Assembly (NCBI GenBank): GCA_049515895.1
Contig: JBEKTQ010000016.1
Location: forward strand, 32,734-96,733
Length of the DNA stretch: 64,000 bases
Source of the DNA: Candidatus Bathyarchaeia archaeon
Lineage (GTDB): Archaea > Thermoproteota > Bathyarchaeia > Bathyarchaeales > Bathycorpusculaceae
Direction of reading: 5' to 3'
A model generated the notes under the pieces. The model was not told the DNA's origin. It was given only the letters and a program-made list of their open reading frames with translations, and did not search any database. Of this stretch, positions 21,176-30,237 are shown in pieces (within the stretch, counting starts at the first letter, position 1; each line of letters opens with the position of its first letter). Made by a program: the position numbers and the translations under genes.

Positions 21176-21278
21176 CATACAGTCAAAGTGGTGACGTCAC
21201 CATCAAGTTTTCTCTTGGCTAAACACAACACCCCTCTTTTTCTTTTTTGGTCAGCTGCTCTATCTACGTATTTCTTGT

Positions 21279-22529
21279 TTGCCAGGAGGCCTTTCTAAAC
21301 TGAAGGGAAACAAGCCCGGCTTCAACGAGAGCGACGCCTTCAACCACGTTAATTTTATTCGTGTAGGTCCGGGAGAGTTTGAAGATCTCCTGCGAAGAAT
21401 CAAAATGCTTGACGTCGCCGGGACAGTGAAGCCTGCAGACAAAGCATATGTTTCCCTCAATCCTGACGTGTCAATTTGGCAGAGCAATGTTGGTCCTGGA
21501 AGCTGGAATCATTACCTGACAAACCTCATTTATTTTTCGAAATGCGTGAACCTGACTCCGTCAGAATTGCTTAACCTCAAGGCCAGTGAGGATCCACAAC
21601 ACCGTTATTTTCCAGCTGAGCGATTGATTGAAACTTGGATCAAAATGGCAAGGCAGAAAGGCCTCCCTTCTTCCGTGATCTTCAACACTCTAAACGCGAC
21701 CCGGAGTTTCTTCCTGCACAGTAGGGCGCCTTTGCTCAAGATAGTATTTGTTTACAAGCCTAAACCAAAGAGGATACTGAACGAGGACATACTGAGAAAA
21801 TTCAGGGATGGCTTCAACTTTTACCTTAAAGTCCTGTTTGATTTTCTGATATCAGTCCCGGTGAGAGACGGCCAATTCACCAGGTGCAAGTATTGCGGCG
21901 AAGAGTTATTTCCAAGATGGCGCCACATAACGACGTTCCCAAGAATTGAACCGTACAGTCCATTCATAATCAAGCCACAGAAAGGCCATGATAGCGAGAG
22001 GTATCCTGACGGCCTAAGACAGGTTTGTTTCCTTACGAAAACATTGGCGAGTGAGTTGAACGCTCTGCGTGATTTGAAAGAAGCAATGTTGCAGCGGTCA
22101 CTTACGCCGGACGAATATATATTTACTCATCAAATAAACCAGGCGGGAATTCTACATGTGACGCCAATAACCAGGGAGACAATCGGAACTGTTTTCAGAA
22201 CTAACAAGCGCAAAACTGGAGAGCAGATTAATCCTCAACTCCTGCGCACCTGGGTAAACAGCACTCTGGCGTCAAGAGGCATAGAGAAGCAATTGAGAGA
22301 CATCTACCTTGGCCACACATGCGGGTACGAGATGGGCTACATTATGCAGTTGCTTCCTCAATGGCAGAGGACCTTCCGTAGAGCCAAGGCACTTGAAGCT
22401 CTGGATCTGATGGCCTCAGTGCACCGGCAAGAGAAGGCGCCAAAGCCTGAGTTGGCGCTTAGCAATCAAGAGTATGAGCTGCTGCGTAGCTTACTTAGGC
22501 GTTTCAAGGAGAGTGGAGCTGAGGTTTGA
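21279..22529 (+). CDS. Tyrosine recombinase-like protein 1 (divergent, internal CxxC)
   Basis: VPVRDGQ (R), QLLR (HxxR position), YLGH and downstream Y (EMGY); CKYC insertion. Confidence 0.65.
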   Translation: MPGGLSKLKGNKPGFNESDAFNHVNFIRVGPGEFEDLLRRIKMLDVAGTVKPADKAYVSLNPDVSIWQSNVGPGSWNHYLTNLIYFSKCVNLTPSELLNLKASEDPQHRYFPAERLIETWIKMARQKGLPSSVIFNTLNATRSFFLHSRAPLLKIVFVYKPKPKRILNEDILRKFRDGFNFYLKVLFDFLISVPVRDGQFTRCKYCGEELFPRWRHITTFPRIEPYSPFIIKPQKGHDSERYPDGLRQVCFLTKTLASELNALRDLKEAMLQRSLTPDEYIFTHQINQAGILHVTPITRETIGTVFRTNKRKTGEQINPQLLRTWVNSTLASRGIEKQLRDIYLGHTCGYEMGYIMQLLPQWQRTFRRAKALEALDLMASVHRQEKAPKPELALSNQEYELLRSLLRRFKESGAEV

Positions 22530-22530
22530 A

Positions 22531-22560
22531 CTACACAAGGATAAGAGCTTTCTTGTGTAG
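22531..22560 (+). terminator. Hairpin immediately after the recombinase 1 stop
   Basis: CTACACAAG-N12-CTTGTGTAG inverted repeat; function inferred from position only. Confidence 0.35.
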
Positions 22561-22686
22561 GGGCAAGAGAAACTTGACGCTCGAGGGATCCGTCGACGTC
22601 GACGCCGCGTTGGTTAGTTCATTTATTTTCAGCGAGGTCCCGCGAGCGTCACGGCCGCATAGAGGGATCCAGGAGAGCGTCAGGAT

Positions 22687-23073
22687 ATGAGAGTCTGCAA
22701 ATGCCCTGACTGTGGAAAGATCATTGTTGATAATCCACTGTGGAGGCCGAGCGGTTTCAAATGGGGCGTTGACTTCACCAGCTTCGAAAACTTTGAATTG
22801 ATAGATTCTGAGTTGGCACGCAAACTTAAGCTGGACGGGCAATGGACTGAAGACGAACTCTACTTGTACCGGCTCTCCAGGAACGGCAACGTTTCAAGAA
22901 TGGCTAAGCTGGAGTACACCAAAGAAACGTTTCTGCTGCATGGCCTAACCGATTCGGCAGCTCACAAGAATCCTTTTCCAAAGAAGTTCCATTTTGAGAA
23001 GCTGAAGAAACAGCGTCAGCTTTTGGAGGAGAGGGCGCCATCCGTTACTGCCACGCACAAGGAGGTTCCTTGA
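22687..23073 (+). CDS. Hypothetical protein with N-terminal CxxC
   Basis: 128 aa, CKCPDCG; its stop overlaps the next ORF's start. Confidence 0.6.
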   Translation: MRVCKCPDCGKIIVDNPLWRPSGFKWGVDFTSFENFELIDSELARKLKLDGQWTEDELYLYRLSRNGNVSRMAKLEYTKETFLLHGLTDSAAHKNPFPKKFHFEKLKKQRQLLEERAPSVTATHKEVP

Positions 23074-23501
23074 TGGAGTACATAGTGGATCGACATCATA
23101 AGAACACTACCAAGGTGATCGGCAAGGCCTGCAAAATATGTCGACTCCCAATTCTTGAAGGGGATTATGTCATTACTAAACATCGGGCCCGGATCTATCA
23201 TAAAGCTTGTTTCGAGGCCATGTTCATTGAGGCCCGGAAGACGTCGTCTGAAAGGTGGAGGAAGAGTCATCCTGAAGAGTGCAGGAGAAGACAGAGGGAA
23301 TGGCGCCAGCGTAACCCTGAAAAAGTTAGAGCTGCTCGCAAGAAGCATTATCAGGAACATCGTGAGGAGGAGAGAGCGGCTCGCAAGCGGCGTTATCAGC
23401 TGCATCCTTTCAAGGACTGGACGCCGGAAGAGAAAAAGAAACACTACGCTCAAATTATGAGTAGCCGAAGGAAACGCAGAATGGAGCTAGCCAAGGCATG
23501 A
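23070..23501 (+). CDS. Zn-finger, highly basic protein
   Basis: CKIC...YHKAC followed by R/W-rich helical repeats (WRKSHPE, WRQRNPEK). Confidence 0.6.
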   Translation: MMEYIVDRHHKNTTKVIGKACKICRLPILEGDYVITKHRARIYHKACFEAMFIEARKTSSERWRKSHPEECRRRQREWRQRNPEKVRAARKKHYQEHREEERAARKRRYQLHPFKDWTPEEKKKHYAQIMSSRRKRRMELAKA

Positions 23502-23701
23502 CGAAGAGAGAGCAGCTTCAAACCTCAATGGATAAGGTCCCGTTTTTCTGCTTGGTTGCCTTGGCCGTCATCACCGGGTACTCAGTCGTAAGCGTGATCA
23601 GCGTCCTGCTGAAGGTCTTCATAGTCGGGTACTGCGTGAGTGTAACCTCGCTGATCTTCGTAGCTTACAAGTTCTACTTGCAGGAGAATGTCAAGAAATG
23701 A
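23498..23701 (+). CDS. Small two-TM membrane protein
   Basis: 67 aa, hydrophobic; ATGA overlaps at both ends. Confidence 0.6.
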   Translation: MTKREQLQTSMDKVPFFCLVALAVITGYSVVSVISVLLKVFIVGYCVSVTSLIFVAYKFYLQENVKK

Positions 23702-24552
23702 ACAGCGATATCCCCCAAAAAATGACGAGGCGAACCGTCAAAACAATCAGCAAAACCATGGAGCCAAAGGAGGTTTTTGAATTGATAGCCTCCAAAGAAT
23801 ACGAGTATTCCCCGGACCTGGCGCCAGAATACCACGTCCACGATCGAGCAGGAATGGCCCTGAGCTACCTCACCTTTGGCCGCGTGACTGAGATCTTCGG
23901 AGGCCTTCAGTACCGGCGCATCTACGTTGCTGGACTCTGCTCGGACCCGCGGGATCCACACAACTGGAAAGAGGAAGTGATCGGCAAACATACCGGCCTA
24001 ACGAGGGAGAACGTTCAGGTCGACGAGAATTTTCTGCAGATTGTCACGATGCCGATAGTGAAGAGGAGCGAGAGAATCAAAGCGAAATATGGCCAGGAGA
24101 TAGCTCAAAGGAGTGCGCTAAGATTCCCCTTGAAATGCGGCCTCTACAACAATGCTTTCTATGATCAGCTGGTCCCGTTTGCCTGGTTAGTTCTTGAGTA
24201 CCTGGAGCGTTATGCTCCTGCAGCTGGGAAGCTCTTCCACTACCAGGATGCGCGCGCCTGGTTCATCATCAAGGAAGTAACAGGCCAATTTCCCAACTGG
24301 TTTAGGGCCCAGTCAGACCGGTTCTACAAGCAGTGTCTGTACCGCGGGGATCCCATTGGTTATGCCATCTTCGCCGGGAGAGTGAAGTCCGACAACACGA
24401 TGAGCTATCAGCGGTTCAGCTGGAATGCTGACCTCAAGGATCCCACTATGATCATGGACTTCAAGTGGATAGAGCCGGCAGTGGAGCAGGTCAAGGGCAG
24501 GATCCGGGAGGCTAAGCAGCTGCAGCAGGACGCCTTGGCTACACGTCTTTAA
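23698..24552 (+). CDS. Tyrosine recombinase-like protein 2 (catalytic domain only)
   Basis: YLTFGRVTEI (R box), PNWFRAQ (HxxR position with N), AGR...NTMSY (Y nucleophile candidate). Confidence 0.65.
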   Translation: MNSDIPQKMTRRTVKTISKTMEPKEVFELIASKEYEYSPDLAPEYHVHDRAGMALSYLTFGRVTEIFGGLQYRRIYVAGLCSDPRDPHNWKEEVIGKHTGLTRENVQVDENFLQIVTMPIVKRSERIKAKYGQEIAQRSALRFPLKCGLYNNAFYDQLVPFAWLVLEYLERYAPAAGKLFHYQDARAWFIIKEVTGQFPNWFRAQSDRFYKQCLYRGDPIGYAIFAGRVKSDNTMSYQRFSWNADLKDPTMIMDFKWIEPAVEQVKGRIREAKQLQQDALATRL

Positions 24553-24743
24553 GGCCTCGTGGGATAGGTCTGGACTGCGGTATAGGTGCCACGTGGCATG
24601 TGTCGACCACTCAGGGGGGCCGGTGCCGTCAAAGCGCCTGACGTGCGATTGTTTATTTATTTACCGCTACCACTACTACTAGAAGGATTTTCAGAGAAAG
24701 CAAACGACACGGCCTCATCAAGGGATGGTCGATGTATGGTGAA

Positions 24744-24769
24744 GTGACTTTACGAGCTGCTAAAGTCAC
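24744..24769. other. Candidate tyrosine-recombinase core site (9-8-9 inverted repeat)
   Basis: GTGACTTTA-CGAGCTGC-TAAAGTCAC with an asymmetric 8-bp spacer. Confidence 0.45.
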
Positions 24770-24803
24770 GTTATTTATTTTCCCCAGCTGCCAAAAAAGT
24801 TTT

Positions 24804-24825
24804 CGAGTTTCCACGTGGAAACTCG
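24804..24825. promoter_or_regulatory. parS-like perfect 22-bp palindrome
   Basis: CGAGTTTCCACGTGGAAACTCG; the 16-bp core is repeated at 32236-32251. Confidence 0.65.
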
Positions 24826-24841
24826 GTATTGAAGATCCAGT

Positions 24842-25315
24842 TTAGTGTTTTGGTTTGGGTGACTTGAGTCTATATCCCGCTTTGAGTAGGTCGTCCGGGG
24901 ATTGACTCATCTTCTTAGCCTCTTCAAGCAACACGTTTCTTTCCAGAAATTCTACGGCCTTCTGTCTCACTTCTTGCTCATCATAATCTGGAAAAAGTTG
25001 ATGAATTATCTCATGAAAAATATCGAGGGTTGCTTCAAGCAACGTATCACAATCTGGCGATCCTGCTATAATATCGTCGTCCCAAAAATGATATCTTGAC
25101 CATCTTATCTCATGACCGCGCTTGTCTGTATGCGCGTTTGCTTCATTGTGTTTGCACATGTTGCATCGGCAACCAGAGATAGTTAACTCGCAGAGTTTGT
25201 CGAGCTGCTCATCTGCTAGTCCCTCTCTTGGTACCAAGCTTTTGGCGAGATCCAGAATAAGCTCAAAGAATCTCTTTTGTGAAATCATTTTTGTTATCGT
25301 TCCTGAGTCTTTCAA
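24842..25315 (-). CDS. Small HExxH metallopeptidase-like protein
   Basis: IFHEIIHQLFPDYDE motif. Confidence 0.55.
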   Translation of the reverse strand: MKDSGTITKMISQKRFFELILDLAKSLVPREGLADEQLDKLCELTISGCRCNMCKHNEANAHTDKRGHEIRWSRYHFWDDDIIAGSPDCDTLLEATLDIFHEIIHQLFPDYDEQEVRQKAVEFLERNVLLEEAKKMSQSPDDLLKAGYRLKSPKPKH

Positions 25316-25398
25316 GCTTGTTACTATTTACGTATCAGTGAAAATTTAAGATTAATCCAAGAAGGAAGCGGCAAACTTCAACGAAAAAGGCTAGGGTG

Positions 25399-26460
25399 TC
25401 AGGCTAATCTTTTGTCGACGCGGATCTTCTTTAGGATCTCCCGGGCGCCCTTGTCAGCTCTCACTCTAAGATCCGCCACTAAAGCCAAGTTGAAGTAGTT
25501 ACTCATGAAAACATTGCTTGAAATTCTACCGTGTAAGAAGTCGATTTCTTCGCGTTTGAGCCACTGATTCATGAACGTTGCGTGTTGTTCTCTGACGTCG
25601 GAATACCTTACTGGGATCCCTTTCTTGATTAATCGACGCTGGACCGCATATGTGCTTGCGAACGGAGTCTTCTGAGCGATAGTGTCGATCAGTTGTTTTG
25701 GTGCGTAGCTGATGAATGCCTTCTTGGTGTTCCGGATGAAGATTTTCTTGAAGCGGAAGTGTTCCAGCATTCCGGATTCAGGATTGTAATATTGTTTCTC
25801 GAGGGTCCCTTCTTTGGCCAGTTGAATGATAAGATTGTAACTGTGAAAAGCTTCACTTAACCTCAATCCGGTAACCCCAATGTAATCGAGGAATTCGGTG
25901 AGGTCTGGACGAACAGTTTTAGCTTGGATAACCCAGTTGAATATTTCCTCAGGATTCTTGATTTTTGTCATGCGGTCGATTATGATGTCGTCGATGTTGC
26001 GGCCTGTCCAGCTGAGGCCGTAGGCCCTGACCAGGGAACGGAAGTCATCGTAGCATCCGAGAAACTTTGATAGTGCGCTGAGTGCTTTCAACGGGTTAGG
26101 GCGGATCGTGACTGGCAGCTTTCCGATTTCTGAAAGGTCCTTTGAGAAGAGGCAGTTCTTGAAGAACATCGCTTGGACAACCATTTGCCGCGAATTATGT
26201 TCGGTGTGGTTTTTTAGGAGCCAAGCTTTGAACTCCTGCCAGTCGACTTCTTTGGATAATGGGATTGAGGATAACGTCGAGTATTTTCCGGTGAGCTTGT
26301 CGATTTTCTCCTGGAGCGCGATCTCGCAGCATTTTGATATGTTGATGCTGAGCTCGTGGGCCTTGTCCACGAGTGCTCTGTTGACGCTCAAGGTTACTCT
26401 TTTGATTTTCAGTTTTGGGATTGCCTTGGTTATTATCCTTGTTTCTTGATCGGATGACAT
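25399..26460 (-). CDS. SSV1-like integrase (tyrosine recombinase 3) with N-terminal CcdA-like RHH domain
   Basis: TGLRLSEA, YSDVREQHATF, IDFLHGRISSNVFMSNY; N-terminal RVTLSVNRALVDKAHELSINISKCCEIAL. Confidence 0.8.
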   Translation of the reverse strand: MSSDQETRIITKAIPKLKIKRVTLSVNRALVDKAHELSINISKCCEIALQEKIDKLTGKYSTLSSIPLSKEVDWQEFKAWLLKNHTEHNSRQMVVQAMFFKNCLFSKDLSEIGKLPVTIRPNPLKALSALSKFLGCYDDFRSLVRAYGLSWTGRNIDDIIIDRMTKIKNPEEIFNWVIQAKTVRPDLTEFLDYIGVTGLRLSEAFHSYNLIIQLAKEGTLEKQYYNPESGMLEHFRFKKIFIRNTKKAFISYAPKQLIDTIAQKTPFASTYAVQRRLIKKGIPVRYSDVREQHATFMNQWLKREEIDFLHGRISSNVFMSNYFNLALVADLRVRADKGAREILKKIRVDKRLA

Positions 26461-26538
26461 GATTGTTTTCCTCGTTGTTTACGTAGGATTTTTTTGACTA
26501 AAAAAGGGGAAGTGTTGAATGTTGACTCTGCAACTACT

Positions 26539-26907
26539 CTAGTTTGAAGTTAACTCTGCTGCAGGAGCTTCCCGGATCTCTCGCCTGATTGCTTCGGAAC
26601 TGTTGATTATCAGAAGAGCTCCAGTGCCGTTCTCGTAGGGAAAGAATTCCAGTCGGTCTTTGTTGCTTGTCCACTCTGCGAGTTTCGGCAGGTCCTGAGG
26701 TAGGATCCTGGCCATTATGTGAGCTTCGAAACTCTTTCCCCACTTCAAGCCTGGACTGAAGATGTCTTTGTGCTGCATGTCGGTTACTTCTTTCTCGAGG
26801 AACTGGTCCGTCAGCTGCTCAACGCTCAGGTTGAATTTCTCTGCGAATTGTTGGAGTTCTTTATAGAGGTCCTGTCGGACCGGGATTGAAAACGGTTTTT
26901 GTTCCAT
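26539..26907 (-). CDS. Putative ribbon-helix-helix regulator with extra C-terminal domain
   Basis: Likely start MEQKPFSIPVRQDLYKELQQFAEKFNLSVEQL at 26907. Confidence 0.55.
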   Translation of the reverse strand: MEQKPFSIPVRQDLYKELQQFAEKFNLSVEQLTDQFLEKEVTDMQHKDIFSPGLKWGKSFEAHIMARILPQDLPKLAEWTSNKDRLEFFPYENGTGALLIINSSEAIRREIREAPAAELTSN

Positions 26908-26995
26908 GTTTCCTTTCACCTTTAGATACTTATAGGTATCTACCAGTACCTTTATATTCACAAGTATTTAAATATACTCATAGGTGCATAGAAAT

Positions 26996-27145
26996 ATGGC
27001 TAAGAATATGAAAAGATTTATGATGTCAGTTTCAGATGAAATGCATGCAGAGCTCGAGAAAGAAAGGAAGGAAAGGCGCTTGGAAACAGTCCAGGAAGTA
27101 ACACGGCAAATAGTCGCTGACTACCTCAGAAAGAAGGAACAGTAA
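26996..27145 (+). CDS. 49-aa ribbon-helix-helix (CopG-like) regulator, not in the ORF track
   Basis: Own translation: MAKNMKRFMMSVSDEMHAELEKERKERRLETVQEVTRQIVADYLRKKEQ; AGGTG and TTTAAA upstream. Confidence 0.7.
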   Translation: MAKNMKRFMMSVSDEMHAELEKERKERRLETVQEVTRQIVADYLRKKEQ

Positions 27146-27204
27146 TTTAGCGCTCAACAGATTCTCGTTCAACTTCCTTGGAACAACTGAAGTAGGATTG
27201 CAAT

Positions 27205-27798
27205 ATGCGCAGACTAATGATTTATTACAAAGCCTTGTCTGCTGGGCTATCAATGTTTATTTTTACATTGATTGGAGGGTTCACATTTGGTTCAATTATC
27301 CATGAGGCAGGTCACGCCATTGTAGGAATGGCCGTTGGATTCAGAATCAAGTCATGGTCCATTGCCGGGGTGGTTTTCGCTTCCTATATGCCCAATGGAC
27401 CGGCAAAACTACTAACATTGTTGGCGGGAGGATCCGCAGAAGCGTTGAGCGCTTCGTCCGCTTTTCTCTTTGTCCGCTATCTTGCTCGATATGTCTTCAG
27501 AAAAAACGAGATCATAAAAGTACGATCGATCGATGCTGGAATGAACCGAGGTTTGTCTAACTTTCAACTTCAATTCTTGCCATTTATCCTCTTTGGAATT
27601 GAGGTTGCCTTTTTGTCGTTTATATTTCATGGAGTCGTCGCAGGAATCTGGGAAGGATTATTCAACAGCAGTTATGTTGCTTTCAGTGGTGAACCTGTTC
27701 TCGAGGTGTTTGCGGTTGCTGTATTTTTGTGGATGGCCTTCGAAATACTGTACAGTCGACAAAACAAATATCTGAAAAGTTTAGCCTTCGTGGATTAA
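27205..27798 (+). CDS. Membrane metalloprotease, M50-like
   Basis: IIHEAGHA within a TM segment, LAGG motif, several TMs. Confidence 0.7.
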   Translation: MRRLMIYYKALSAGLSMFIFTLIGGFTFGSIIHEAGHAIVGMAVGFRIKSWSIAGVVFASYMPNGPAKLLTLLAGGSAEALSASSAFLFVRYLARYVFRKNEIIKVRSIDAGMNRGLSNFQLQFLPFILFGIEVAFLSFIFHGVVAGIWEGLFNSSYVAFSGEPVLEVFAVAVFLWMAFEILYSRQNKYLKSLAFVD

Positions 27799-28221
27799 TT
27801 AGGTTAACGCGGCAAAAGGTTCCTCGAGTAACCTCAGAGTTTTTTAGAAATTTGCCTGGGTTACCGACTTCAAAACTTAGTAGTGTTTCCCAGTTTCGTT
27901 TATGCTTGGATTCCACGTTGATGTCGTTGAGATTATTTGGTCCACATTGGCAACTCACATTCATCCACTCATTTGCTCCGTGTGAATTTGTAATGTCCCT
28001 GTCAAAAATCCCAGTGTAACTATAGAAGATTGCTAAGTTTTACGCAACCTATACGTACACACCCTCAAATTCCGTGGACTATTTTTCCATGAAAACTGAA
28101 TCCCTCGTAAGATAGTCCATGAAGAATGTTGAAAACTGCAGAGGATTATCGAACGGCAGCAACAATAAATTACGACAACTCGCCTTCAAAAGCAGAATTC
28201 CAAGCCTTTTCACCTGGGAAT

Positions 28222-28527
28222 TTAGGATGGCAGATCCGGGAGAGACGGGGGAATATCAAGTTTCCATCCTTCTCTCTGTTTCTGCTTAATCGTTTCCAAT
28301 ACCTCAGGTTGACTAACTGCGAAGCAGACATGCGCGCAGCTGCCACCGCTTCCAGGAAAAACAGGTGCCTCGAGACGCAAAAGACTGCTTGTTTTCGTCA
28401 GTGTAGTGTGGTCACAGAGACTGCAGAAGATTCCTCTCGGGGTGATCTGGACGTCGACGGGTCCTAACTTGTCGTCCATTACTTTAACGACTAAACTCAA
28501 GCTTTTCTTCGCTGAGTGTTTCTTCAA
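28222..28527 (-). CDS. Hypothetical protein with Cys/His motifs
   Basis: FCSLCD...SCAHV (SWIM-like); co-oriented with neighbours. Confidence 0.45.
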   Translation of the reverse strand: MKKHSAKKSLSLVVKVMDDKLGPVDVQITPRGIFCSLCDHTTLTKTSSLLRLEAPVFPGSGGSCAHVCFAVSQPEVLETIKQKQREGWKLDIPPSLPDLPS

Positions 28528-28589
28528 CGATGTGCAGCTCCTCTGTCATATTGATAGATTTATGTATAAAAGTTCTTGCAGAGCTGTCG

Positions 28590-29837
28590 CTACCGCCTTC
28601 TGCCCCCGAACACAAGCGCGATCAAAACGACGAGTAGCCAGGGCGCGAAGATGATAACCAGGATGAGAAGGCCGATGGTTGTGAGGATCCCGATGTTGAC
28701 GGGGTTACTTAGCCAGGTGACGAGTCCGCTCAGGATCGTGTCTGTAGTTGTTTCTGGCGCAAACCTTCCAAATTGACTATTATCATTTTGGATGTTCTGA
28801 ACCGTGTATTGGCCAATTACGAAAACTGTAACGTCAAAGTCAAAGGTAGCGACGTCGCCATGAGTAACTGAACTTGTACCCAAATTCGTTGAGTCTGCGT
28901 AGCTTCCAAAATGGCTAAGGTCAATCGCGAAGTAAGTTGTGTTTAGGAAGTATTCTGGATTCAGTACGTGTCCCTCATAGGTTTCAGGTACAACTTTGGG
29001 TATGTCTGTTGACCCAAACGGACTGTAATGCAGGTAGACAGTGGATTGCGCGGATTCAGGGTTTGTGCTTTCGTAGCTTCCGCCAATGGGAAGAGAAACC
29101 ACGCTGCCGCTGCTGGTTCGCGCGTTAAACATCGCATTGTCGTCTAGCTGGATCGATGCGATCGCAAAATATGCTGTTCCGCCACCTTGAATATACCAAC
29201 TTGGAGTTGTGTCAACCTTGAACCAGATCCACAGGTCGTTATACATGTTTTCGACATGTGTGATAATCGGCCACTGAAGATAAATTGCTGGATTCTGTGC
29301 TGCGGTTGGCCATTCAGCGCTGAATGAAACATAGTATTTCATTTCGTATTGGGACATCGCAATCATTAGGGGGGTTCCGCTGCTGTCTGTCACGTTCCAA
29401 TTGTAAGTTGCATCGGGGTTTGTTCCGGTCCACCCTGGAGCATAATTAAACAGATCATCATTCTGTATCCAGGAAGTGGGGATAGATATTCCTGTAACGC
29501 CTGGAAAGCTCATGTGGGCTACTGACTGTGTGGGTTCAAAGACGCTTGTCATTTCTGCTTCGACTGTAGGTACTTTGATGGGGAATGCTGCAGTTGGGTT
29601 TATCACGTTTGGACTGTAGCTTAAGGTTGTTGTGGGGTTGAAGTAGGTTTTTCCGTTGTATTGTTCGCCATAGATGCTTATGTTTGGGGTAAATGCAGTT
29701 GGGTAACCGTCGCTGGAAACGACGGAAAGAGGTTGGAGATGGCTACTTCCCGGTGACAACGTTAGTGCGAGAGCGAAAATTCCAATTATGATGAAGATAC
29801 CGTACATTCTGCCTTGGTTGGCTTTTGCTTTGTTCAT
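28590..29837 (-). CDS. Membrane-anchored surface protein (N-terminal signal/TM, beta-rich ectodomain, C-terminal TM and RRR)
   Basis: 415 aa, Ser/Thr/aromatic-rich; several N-x-S/T sequons. Confidence 0.75.
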   Translation of the reverse strand: MNKAKANQGRMYGIFIIIGIFALALTLSPGSSHLQPLSVVSSDGYPTAFTPNISIYGEQYNGKTYFNPTTTLSYSPNVINPTAAFPIKVPTVEAEMTSVFEPTQSVAHMSFPGVTGISIPTSWIQNDDLFNYAPGWTGTNPDATYNWNVTDSSGTPLMIAMSQYEMKYYVSFSAEWPTAAQNPAIYLQWPIITHVENMYNDLWIWFKVDTTPSWYIQGGGTAYFAIASIQLDDNAMFNARTSSGSVVSLPIGGSYESTNPESAQSTVYLHYSPFGSTDIPKVVPETYEGHVLNPEYFLNTTYFAIDLSHFGSYADSTNLGTSSVTHGDVATFDFDVTVFVIGQYTVQNIQNDNSQFGRFAPETTTDTILSGLVTWLSNPVNIGILTTIGLLILVIIFAPWLLVVLIALVFGGRRR

Positions 29838-29914
29838 CTTATTCCTCTTGTTTTTCTTTGGTTTACTTCGTACCTGTGACTTTGGATGCTGCTACTTACG
29901 CTAAGACCGCTCGA

Positions 29915-30130
29915 TCATCCGGGACTCTTGAGATGTAGCGCGTGCTGGAGATCTGTCCGGATGATCTCGAGGCTTCTAATGACGTCTTCGATCGGTGTTT
30001 CTTCTGAGTAGAATACTACAGCTGCGCGGCCGGTGACTGCTGTAAGTTTGGGGCCAAGGACCTTGTAGATTCCCTTTGGGATGTAGGCCAGATGCTGCTC
30101 GGGATTTACTTTGACTGTGAACTCGGCCAA
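29915..30130 (-). CDS. AbrB/MazE-like small regulator
   Basis: FTVKVNPEQHLAYIPKGIYKVLG pattern. Confidence 0.55.
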   Translation of the reverse strand: MAEFTVKVNPEQHLAYIPKGIYKVLGPKLTAVTGRAAVVFYSEETPIEDVIRSLEIIRTDLQHALHLKSPG

Positions 30131-30237
30131 TCTGATTCCTCACTTAAGAAAATATTAAGGTTAATGAGAATTTAATTATTGAAACGAGAAACCTGAAAAT
30201 TTCGAGTTGGAAGGTTCAAAAGCGAAACAAAGAAGTG

